From a virus (Duplodnaviria; Caudoviricetes), in IMG/VR virus record IMGVR_UViG_3300002307_000041, positions 1-64,000 of that record: a stretch of 64,000 bases of DNA; one strand, given 5' to 3'. Of this stretch, positions 29,169 through 35,630 are shown in pieces. The notes below the pieces were generated by a model. The model was not told the origin of the DNA. It saw only the letters and a program-made list of their open reading frames with translations, and did no database searches. Position 1 is the stretch's first letter, and each line of letters opens with the position of its first letter. The position numbers and the translations under genes are program-made.

Positions 29169-29224
29169 TGTGAGACTCACATTTGTACTTTGAACCCCGG
29201 GTTTAATTACTCCGGGGTTTTTTT
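29151..29224 (+). terminator. attenuator: antiterminator (29151-29198) versus intrinsic terminator (29193-29224)
   Basis: GGGGTTC/GAACCCC pairing shares AACCCC with the AACCCCGGG/TCCGGGGTT stem + T7. Confidence 0.8.
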
Positions 29225-29245
29225 ATTGGTAAAGGAGGAAACAAA

Positions 29246-29404
29246 ATGAAGTGGCCTAAATTACTCAATGAAATGTATCAGGCTTGTTTAGCACATGATA
29301 CTATTAAAGAGAAGGAACTGTTTATGAAGGCTTTGAAAAAGAATATCAAAGCCCGTAATAAGCATAAGAAAGTCACAGTACCGCAAGTAACAGTGCGAGG
29401 CTGA
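29246..29404 (+). CDS. 52-aa basic protein (not in ORF track)
   Basis: Strong SD AAAGGAGG; MKWPKLLNEMYQACLAHDTIKEKELFMKALKKNIKARNKHKKVTVPQVTVRG*. Confidence 0.65.
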   Translation: MKWPKLLNEMYQACLAHDTIKEKELFMKALKKNIKARNKHKKVTVPQVTVRG

Positions 29405-29626
29405 ACGTATAAACAGGCTGCTGCTCCCTAAGCATAAGAGCAGCCCTCGACCGGTACGTGGATCCAGATGGACGTACAAGTGGTTTCCGGCGAGGAGTAT
29501 GTTGGAGGTATTTCTCCACAAACACATCGTGCCAATATGGTACTACCCTGTTATAAAGATACATAGTATCCTAGGGGCTGCTGTTCCGAGGGTGCGGAAT
29601 ACGGTGTGCTTATGCAGAAATAATTT

Positions 29627-29703
29627 GGCCGCGTAGCTCAGTTGGTTAGAGTATTAGCCTGTCACGCTAAGGGTCGCCGGTTCGAGCCCGGTCGCGGTCG
29701 CCA
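29627..29703 (+). tRNA. tRNA-Asp(GTC)
   Basis: Cloverleaf, loop CTGTCAC, GCCA. Confidence 0.95.
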
Positions 29704-29709
29704 TACAAT

Positions 29710-29783
29710 ATCGGTGTAGTATAATGGTAGTGCAAGGGTCTCCAAAACCCTGAGCGTGGGTTCGATTCCTACCACCGGTGCCA
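29710..29783 (+). tRNA. tRNA-Trp(CCA)
   Basis: Loop CTCCAAA, GCCA. Confidence 0.93.
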
Positions 29784-29789
29784 AATTAA

Positions 29790-29864
29790 TGGCCCATAGC
29801 TCAGGGGTAGAGCACAGTCCTGATAAGACTGGGGTCGGTGGTTCAATCCCACCTGGGCCAACCA
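29790..29864 (+). tRNA. tRNA-Ile(GAT)
   Basis: Loop CTGATAA, ACCA. Confidence 0.93.
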
Positions 29865-29869
29865 TATAT

Positions 29870-29951
29870 GGGCAAATGTGAGGGGAATGGCTAACAGCTG
29901 GGGCCCGCAAGGGGGCTGTTAGAACGGGTTCAAGTCCCGGTTTGTCCACCA
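29870..29951 (+). ncRNA. tRNA-like RNA with no anticodon loop and an Ala-type acceptor
   Basis: GGGCAAA/TTTGTCC + ACCA, T-loop TTCAAGT, central hairpin capped by GCAA. Confidence 0.65.
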
Positions 29952-29955
29952 ATAG

Positions 29956-30032
29956 GCCGGTAGGGCGGTTGCGGCAATCGCGCTAGTCTCATACACTAGT
30001 CTAAGATGTTTCGAGTACATCTACCGGCACCA
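29956..30032 (+). tRNA. tRNA with CAT anticodon (elongator Met or Ile2)
   Basis: GCCGGTA/TACCGGC, loop CTCATAC, ACCA. Confidence 0.85.
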
Positions 30033-30045
30033 GATAAATAAAATT

Positions 30046-31122
30046 ATGATAATAAATTCACATTCAACCTCCGGACTTTGTAGCACTTGTTATCGAGATT
30101 TACCGGCACAGATAGAATATAGAGATGACGGCGCAGCATATATAATAAAAACATGTCCAGATCACGGATATGAAGAAGCAATGATTGAAAGATCTTGGGA
30201 ATTTTGGAAAGATATGCCGCAGAATAATCCAAATAATAGAACATATGCTGCATATAATATGACAATGATAGAAGTTACTGATCGTTGTAATGTGATGTGT
30301 GCTCATTGCTATCATATACCTAATAATAAAATAAAAGATCAACCAGTTGATGTAATAGTAAACAAAGCAATACGCCAACAAGCTGGTGCAATATGTCTTA
30401 TTGGTGCAGAACCTACAATGCGAGATGATCTTGACGAAATTATTAAGGGAATTATAGCTAAAAAACCACCAATTATTACAACTGTAGGTACAGTTTCAAA
30501 TGGTATTAGAATAGCTGATAAAGATTATCTAAAAAAATTAGAAGATGCAGGTCTTTGGGATATGTCAATAAGCATACATAATCCTAAATATCATAAAGAT
30601 ATGATATGGGAAAAAGTTAATAAGGGGCTAACTAACTTATTAGAAAGTAATATACATTTAGGACAAGTGGGATTTACTGTAGAAAATTATGAAGAAATAA
30701 AATTTGCAGTTGACAAGATATTATGGTTTAAAAATAACGGTTATAATGCAGGGGATTATTGTATAAGATCTCCAGGAGATATCGGTACAATAGTAAAACC
30801 GGAAGATGAAATATTTGCTAGCGATTTAGTCAGAATGATCAGTCAATATGCAGAAGAAAAGAATATTAGTTTTGAAAAACATCCAAATTATGGAAGTAAT
30901 CCATATCATGTAGGATATTTGTTAGATGGTATAAGCATACAAGTAATTCATTGGCCCGGAGCTAGAACTGTTGATACTCGATGGATGAATATTGGTCCTT
31001 GGGCTGAATTTATTCCTAATAGCAGAGGATCTTTTGTATTACAAACAATTCTTAGAGACGGCTGGAAAAAAGGATGGTGGCAAGGGCAACAGTTATTATC
31101 TATCAATGTCGATAAAAATTAA
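30046..31122 (+). CDS. radical SAM protein with N-terminal Cys-rich domain
   Basis: CNVMCAHC (CxxxCxxC), GAEPT; N-terminal CSTC...CPDHG. Confidence 0.88.
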   Translation: MIINSHSTSGLCSTCYRDLPAQIEYRDDGAAYIIKTCPDHGYEEAMIERSWEFWKDMPQNNPNNRTYAAYNMTMIEVTDRCNVMCAHCYHIPNNKIKDQPVDVIVNKAIRQQAGAICLIGAEPTMRDDLDEIIKGIIAKKPPIITTVGTVSNGIRIADKDYLKKLEDAGLWDMSISIHNPKYHKDMIWEKVNKGLTNLLESNIHLGQVGFTVENYEEIKFAVDKILWFKNNGYNAGDYCIRSPGDIGTIVKPEDEIFASDLVRMISQYAEEKNISFEKHPNYGSNPYHVGYLLDGISIQVIHWPGARTVDTRWMNIGPWAEFIPNSRGSFVLQTILRDGWKKGWWQGQQLLSINVDKN

Positions 31123-31872
31123 TGAATTTTGCGATTCTTGTATTTTAGATAACGTATGGTTACTAAGATCTAGTGTTGGAAAAACATATTTTAGATATTC
31201 TAAATGTTCATTAGGCGTAGGATGCAAATCTGCTACTTTTCCTAACCGATCATGATATAAAATTGGTCTAGATTTTTTAGAATACCAATCGCTATTATTG
31301 AGTATTTCAAACACTGTAGTTGGTATATCTTTAATATCATTATGATATAATTTTAATAATTCACTATAATCATCATCTACTATAATGTTGTCAATAGACA
31401 ACATTTTATTATTAATTGCTAATTTGGGCAAATTTTGATGTAACTCGCTTTTCATATATAGTGGCAACATTAGAAAAAATCTATAATTTATTTTTAGATT
31501 ATCTAAAAAGGATTTAGCTGAGGCAATCAGTGCTAGATCTCTTTTTAGATAAAAGTATTCATCGGCAAACTTTTTAACAAACGAGTCTGGGTATACGACA
31601 CTATTAAAAATAGTTCCTGCGTTTACCCATTCATTGTTAATGAAATGATCTTCTCTAGCAGTATTAGTCCACATTATCATAACAGTATCGTTGCCGTTTA
31701 GATTGTAAGATTTGCAACATTCTATTAGTTTTATAAAAATCTGTAAATTACCACTACCACTGGCACCAAAATTATAAAATTCATTAGCTTCACAACCCAA
31801 AATATCGGCCCAAGTCATCCATCGATATTGTGTAAAACTACAGCCAAAGGTAAAAAGTCTATCATACATCAT
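31096..31872 (-). CDS. SGNH-like hypothetical protein
   Basis: FGCSFT, GASGSGN, DLHPT. Confidence 0.65.
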   Translation of the reverse strand: MMYDRLFTFGCSFTQYRWMTWADILGCEANEFYNFGASGSGNLQIFIKLIECCKSYNLNGNDTVMIMWTNTAREDHFINNEWVNAGTIFNSVVYPDSFVKKFADEYFYLKRDLALIASAKSFLDNLKINYRFFLMLPLYMKSELHQNLPKLAINNKMLSIDNIIVDDDYSELLKLYHNDIKDIPTTVFEILNNSDWYSKKSRPILYHDRLGKVADLHPTPNEHLEYLKYVFPTLDLSNHTLSKIQESQNSLIFIDIDR

Positions 31873-31888
31873 TGAATTATTTAGTTTT

Positions 31889-31964
31889 GGACCATTAGCT
31901 CAGCCGGTAGAGCAGGAGACTCTTAATCTCTTTGTCGCAGGTTCGATCCCTGCATGGTTCACCA
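31889..31964 (+). tRNA. tRNA-Lys(CTT)
   Basis: Loop CTCTTAA, ACCA. Confidence 0.95.
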
Positions 31965-31969
31965 AATAT

Positions 31970-32044
31970 GGAGCGTTCGTCTATCGGTTAGGACACTGGC
32001 CTTTCACGCCGGTAAGAGGGGTTCGATTCCCCTACGCTCTACCA
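31970..32044 (+). tRNA. tRNA-Glu(TTC)
   Basis: Loop CTTTCAC, ACCA. Confidence 0.95.
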
Positions 32045-32049
32045 AATTT

Positions 32050-32121
32050 GCTCGCATGAACTAAGCGTAAGTTCTCCTGCTCGACGGGAGTATGTAGGTG
32101 CAAGCCCTACTGCGAGCTACA
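32050..32121 (+). pseudogene. degenerate tRNA-like cloverleaf
   Basis: All four stems pair, but 5-nt anticodon loop CTCGA, T-loop TGCAAGC, ends TACA. Confidence 0.6.
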
Positions 32122-32126
32122 AATAC

Positions 32127-32203
32127 GGTCGGGTTCCAGAGCGGCTTATGGCGCGGTCTGCAAAACCGTTGATTCGCGGGTTCAAATCCCGCCCCGACCT
32201 CCA
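32127..32203 (+). tRNA. tRNA-Cys(GCA) copy 1
   Basis: Loop CTGCAAA, TCCA. Confidence 0.93.
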
Positions 32204-32286
32204 AGTTTGCAGTGAAAAGGCCGCGTCGGCTGTACTGACCCTTGTGCCCTATGCTGGCCAGCGTCTAACGGGAGTGATCAAGTAAA

Positions 32287-32514
32287 ATGTGCCACTGCGA
32301 TCCTATAAAATTAGCTGTTGCTAAAAAGATAAACAAGAAGATAGTCATCGTCGACGATGATAAAGTAATATATAGTATGCCGTTTTGGGTTAAAATAAAA
32401 CAGAGGAAAGATATAGAAGATCTCGCAGATAGTTTTAACAAAGCAAAGAAAAGATGCATCGACTCTATCATAGAGTTTGAAACAAAATTTAGCCCTCGTA
32501 GCTCAATTGGATAG
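32287..32514 (+). CDS. hypothetical protein
   Basis: 75-aa ORF whose 3' end overlaps tRNA-Arg. Confidence 0.4.
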   Translation: MCHCDPIKLAVAKKINKKIVIVDDDKVIYSMPFWVKIKQRKDIEDLADSFNKAKKRCIDSIIEFETKFSPRSSIG

Positions 32515-32568
32515 AGTTGCGGTCTTCGAAACCGATGGTTGGGAGTTCGAGTCTCTCCGAGGGCGCCA
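32492..32568 (+). tRNA. tRNA-Arg(TCG)
   Basis: Loop CTTCGAA, GCCA. Confidence 0.93.
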
Positions 32569-32573
32569 TAAAT

Positions 32574-32647
32574 GCTGTCTTGGTGTAATGGAAGCACGGG
32601 AGTTTGTGGAACTCTTAGCACTGGATCGATACCAGTAGACAGTACCA
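32574..32647 (+). tRNA. tRNA-His(GTG), A73 and no G-1
   Basis: Loop TTGTGGA; GCTGTCT/AGACAGT + ACCA; T at -1; atypical T-loop ATCGATA. Confidence 0.88.
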
Positions 32648-32656
32648 AAATAATCG

Positions 32657-32684
32657 TTGACAATATCTACAAAGATGCTATTAT
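32657..32684 (+). promoter_or_regulatory. internal sigma70 promoter
   Basis: TTGACA-N16-TATTAT with TG. Confidence 0.65.
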
Positions 32685-32851
32685 ATAGTTGTTGTTAAAG
32701 ACAGGGTGGTCACTTAATAGACTCGGAGATAGCTACTGTTAGCTATCTAAGCAATGCGGTAATGCTTTGAAAATTCCGCTGGTGGAGGTGCATATACACC
32801 GTATATGCTCCCGGGTTTGCAAATTGTCCCTCATCAACTTGCACGAGTTTT

Positions 32852-32939
32852 GGGAGAGCGGCTCAGATGGCGGATGGGCACCGGACTGTAAATCCGGCAC
32901 ATAGATACGCAGTTGGTTCGAATCCAACCTCTCCCACCA
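32852..32939 (+). tRNA. tRNA-Tyr(GTA)
   Basis: Long variable arm, loop CTGTAAA, ACCA. Confidence 0.93.
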
Positions 32940-33077
32940 AGTTTAGATCCGTGTGTCTTGGTTGGACTACACTTTAAGTCGGTAGTTTACATAGTAAACG
33001 AAAAGCTGCTGGGAAACCTGATAAATGCCTATCCAACGGCTGTGCAGCGAAAAGAGGCTAGGATCTAAAGAGTTTAT

Positions 33078-33152
33078 TGCGGGGTGGAGCATTGGTAGCT
33101 CGCTAGCCTCATAAGCTAGAGGTAGGGTGTTCGATTCACTCCCCCGCTTCCA
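33078..33152 (+). tRNA. tRNA-Met(CAT) with initiator-like acceptor stem
   Basis: T1xT72 mismatch, GCGGGG/CCCCGC, loop CTCATAA. Confidence 0.88.
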
Positions 33153-33157
33153 AACGT

Positions 33158-33234
33158 GGTCAGGTTCCAGAGCGGCTTATGGCGCGGTCTGCAAAACCGT
33201 TGATTCGCGGGTTCGAATCCCGCCCTGACCTCCA
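33158..33234 (+). tRNA. tRNA-Cys(GCA) copy 2
   Basis: Near-identical to 32127-32203. Confidence 0.93.
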
Positions 33235-33297
33235 AAATAATAGATTCTAATGGTAGAGTGATAAATAATTATGTAAATTATAGAAAGACTCTACCAA

Positions 33298-33741
33298 ATG
33301 AATTACAAGGGCACTAAAGATAAAAAGTTTATTTGTAAAAATTGTAATAATGAATTTCCGTTTAAGGGATATAGTTCTAATCACATATATTGTTCTTTAG
33401 AATGTTCAAAAGAATTTGTTAATACAAATAAAAATAGAGTGAATGAACAACGATTTGAAGATTGGTTATCTGGTAAACCATTAGGAGTTAAGAATTCAAG
33501 ACCAATTATAAAAGAATTTGTTATCCGAAGAGATGGTTATAAATGTTCTAGTTGTGGAATAGATAGTTATAATGGAAAAGAAATTACATTATGGCTCGAT
33601 CATATTGATGGTAATGCTGCTAATAATAGACCAAATAATTTTAGACTGATTTGCCCAAATTGCGACAGTCAATCGGATACATTTGGTGCTAAGAATTATG
33701 GTAAAGGAAGAAAATCTAGAGGATTGCCACAATATGGCTAA
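33298..33741 (+). CDS. HNH endonuclease
   Basis: CSSC...LDHIDGNAANNRPNNFRLICPNC; N-terminal CxxC/CxxxC. Confidence 0.88.
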   Translation: MNYKGTKDKKFICKNCNNEFPFKGYSSNHIYCSLECSKEFVNTNKNRVNEQRFEDWLSGKPLGVKNSRPIIKEFVIRRDGYKCSSCGIDSYNGKEITLWLDHIDGNAANNRPNNFRLICPNCDSQSDTFGAKNYGKGRKSRGLPQYG

Positions 33742-33798
33742 CTATGTAGTTGACAATATTATAAAAGTATTATAATATGTAGAAGTAATGAGAAATGA

Positions 33799-33875
33799 TC
33801 CGGGACGGTCACAAGGTGGGACAGCAGACTGTTAATCTGTTCATCAGGAAGGTTCGATTCCTTCTCCCGGAGCCA
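33799..33875 (+). tRNA. tRNA-Asn(GTT)
   Basis: Loop CTGTTAA, GCCA. Confidence 0.93.
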
Positions 33876-33880
33876 TAATT

Positions 33881-33970
33881 GGAGAGGTGGGAGAGTGGTT
33901 TAATCCGCCAGTCTTGAAAACTGGAGAGCCTGCAAGGGCTCCGTGGGTTCGAATCCCACCCCCTCCGCCA
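33881..33970 (+). tRNA. tRNA-Ser(TGA)
   Basis: Long variable arm, loop CTTGAAA. Confidence 0.95.
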
Positions 33971-33974
33971 AATT

Positions 33975-34051
33975 GGTTACGTAGCTCATCAGGATAGAGC
34001 ACAGGTTTCCTAAACCTGGGGTAGAAGGTTCGAGTCCTTCCGTGACCGCCA
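33975..34051 (+). tRNA. tRNA-Arg(CCT)
   Basis: Loop TTCCTAA, GCCA. Confidence 0.93.
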
Positions 34052-34062
34052 ACTAAAAATAT

Positions 34063-34091
34063 TTGACAGCATAAGTAAATGCTGTTATTAT
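34063..34091 (+). promoter_or_regulatory. internal sigma70 promoter
   Basis: TTGACA-N17-TATTAT. Confidence 0.75.
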
Positions 34092-34100
34092 ATAGATAAT

Positions 34101-34183
34101 GCGCTTGTGGTGAAACGGTAGACACGCTAGTCTTAGGAACTAGTCTCAAAAGGGTGGGGGTTCAAGTCCCTCCAAGCGCACCA
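34101..34183 (+). tRNA. tRNA-Leu(TAG)
   Basis: Loop CTTAGGA, variable arm, ACCA. Confidence 0.93.
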
Positions 34184-34191
34184 TATGTTAT

Positions 34192-34266
34192 GCCGCTGTA
34201 GCCGAATGGTAAGGCAGCACATTAGTAATGTGAAGATTGGGAGTTCGATTCTCTCCAGCGGCACCA
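34192..34266 (+). tRNA. tRNA-Thr(AGT)
   Basis: GCCGCTG/CAGCGGC, loop TTAGTAA, ACCA. Confidence 0.85.
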
Positions 34267-34312
34267 TAATTTTAATAGATAGAGCTAAATAAAACTATTA
34301 GGAGCTCTATAA

Positions 34313-34717
34313 ATGAAAACGTATATATGTCAACAATGCGGAACAGAACATAAACATAGGGGTATAAACTTCTCTAACAAATATTGTAATAATAAATGCC
34401 AACAAGAATATCAATATGAGAATCGCATAAAACAATGGTTAGAAGAAGGAAGTGATTGGAAGATTCAAGCTCCAAATTGGGTTAAACGATATCTTTCTGA
34501 ACAACGAGGATATCACTGTGAAGTCTGTGAAATTACAGAACATAATGGCAAACCTATAGGATTAGAATGCGATCATATAGATGGTAATCCTAATAATAAT
34601 AAACCAGAGAATTTAAGATTGATTTGTCCAAATTGCCATTCGCAAACTAAATCATTTAAGGGCGCTAATAGAGGTAATGGTAGACAGAAAAGATATCATA
34701 AAGATTTGATTGATTAA
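34313..34717 (+). CDS. HNH endonuclease (paralogue of 33298-33741)
   Basis: CEVC...CDHIDGNPNNNKPENLRLICPNCH. Confidence 0.88.
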   Translation: MKTYICQQCGTEHKHRGINFSNKYCNNKCQQEYQYENRIKQWLEEGSDWKIQAPNWVKRYLSEQRGYHCEVCEITEHNGKPIGLECDHIDGNPNNNKPENLRLICPNCHSQTKSFKGANRGNGRQKRYHKDLID

Positions 34718-34893
34718 AAAAATCAATCAACCATTCTTGTTTTGTCGATCCCTACTAGGCTGCGGAAGCATAGCTAGGTTTAGTAGAGTAGAAACGAGCG
34801 TATGCTGAAGTACGTCAGCGTTCAGTAGGCTACATGATGTGAAGGTGGCAGCTACGAACTTAGCTAAAGGGGCTGAGAACCTCATGTTATTAG

Positions 34894-34922
34894 TTGACAG
34901 ATCATAAAAAGTGTCGTATAAT
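34894..34922 (+). promoter_or_regulatory. consensus sigma70 promoter
   Basis: TTGACA-N17-TATAAT. Confidence 0.85.
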
Positions 34923-34929
34923 ATAAAAA

Positions 34930-35157
34930 ATGAGGAAAACACAAATGGCTAAGAAAACGATTTCAAAAGTTAGTGATAAACTTGATAAAGTGAACGAAAG
35001 CTTCACTGTTAATATGTACGACAACGGTTATATGTTTGAAATTAACGGATCAGTTGGTCCAGACGACGACTGGAAAACTGTTAAACTAATGGTTATTGGT
35101 CTAGATGATCTAATTTCGCTGATCAAAGAAGTTAGCGATATGCCTAAACGAGACTAA
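34930..35157 (+). CDS. hypothetical protein
   Basis: 75-aa ORF after promoter; real start may be the MAKK Met. Confidence 0.65.
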   Translation: MRKTQMAKKTISKVSDKLDKVNESFTVNMYDNGYMFEINGSVGPDDDWKTVKLMVIGLDDLISLIKEVSDMPKRD

Positions 35158-35186
35158 CACACAGGCCCTAAGCTAGGGTCTGTTAT

Positions 35187-35262
35187 GGACCCATAGCTCA
35201 ATAGGTTAGAGCATCCGACTTTTAATCGGGTGATCCGGGTTCGAGTCCCGGTGGGTCTACCA
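35187..35262 (+). tRNA. tRNA-Lys(TTT)
   Basis: Loop CTTTTAA, ACCA. Confidence 0.95.
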
Positions 35263-35278
35263 ATCAATAGGATTTAAT

Positions 35279-35440
35279 ATGGTTGAGGTTGATTTAACAA
35301 AAGTACAACTAACTTGGTGCTTAGACATCTTATCTAGGATTAAAAATATATTAGATTCCAAAGGATGGACAGAAGATCAAAAACTAGTCAGCATTGACTG
35401 GTTAGTAAAGCAAGCACTCAAAGCTGAACGAGAAGATTAA
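35279..35440 (+). CDS. 53-aa hypothetical protein (not in ORF track)
   Basis: AGGA SD; MVEVDLTKVQLTWCLDILSRIK...AERED*. Confidence 0.5.
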   Translation: MVEVDLTKVQLTWCLDILSRIKNILDSKGWTEDQKLVSIDWLVKQALKAERED

Positions 35441-35458
35441 ATATAATACATACGTATT

Positions 35459-35630
35459 TACTGATTCCGGAGTTGGTAAATTACGCTGGCGGACCTACAA
35501 TAAACTAATCCGCCTCGGCTGTCGGCGAAACGTAGGATGGGCTGTCGACACGGGGTTTAGCAGCACCTGACACAAAAAAGCTGTGTTCGACCGTCTAGCG
35601 TAGCTAGACCAACTGAGGGGGTTGATAGTA
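35459..35630 (+). ncRNA. candidate structured ncRNA with pseudoknot
   Basis: Closing stem AGTTGGT/ACCAACT; GGCGGA/TCCGCC hairpin whose loop CCTAC matches GTAGG at 35532. Confidence 0.55.

Noticed and set aside
33001-33060. Hammerhead ribozyme suggested by CTGAT and CGAAA
   Set aside because: The core reads CTGATAA rather than CTGANGA, and the three stems cannot be arranged correctly.
12379-34091. Shared operator formed by inverted repeats over TTGACA promoters (12382, 16231, 18234, 34066)
   Set aside because: Arm sequences and lengths differ (5-7 bp), and ACA...TGT symmetry arises naturally from -35 plus extended -10; no common consensus.
34735-34885. Possible ncRNA after the second HNH gene
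   Set aside because: Only one short hairpin (GCTGA/TCAGC) was found and no closing stem; too weak to call by eye.
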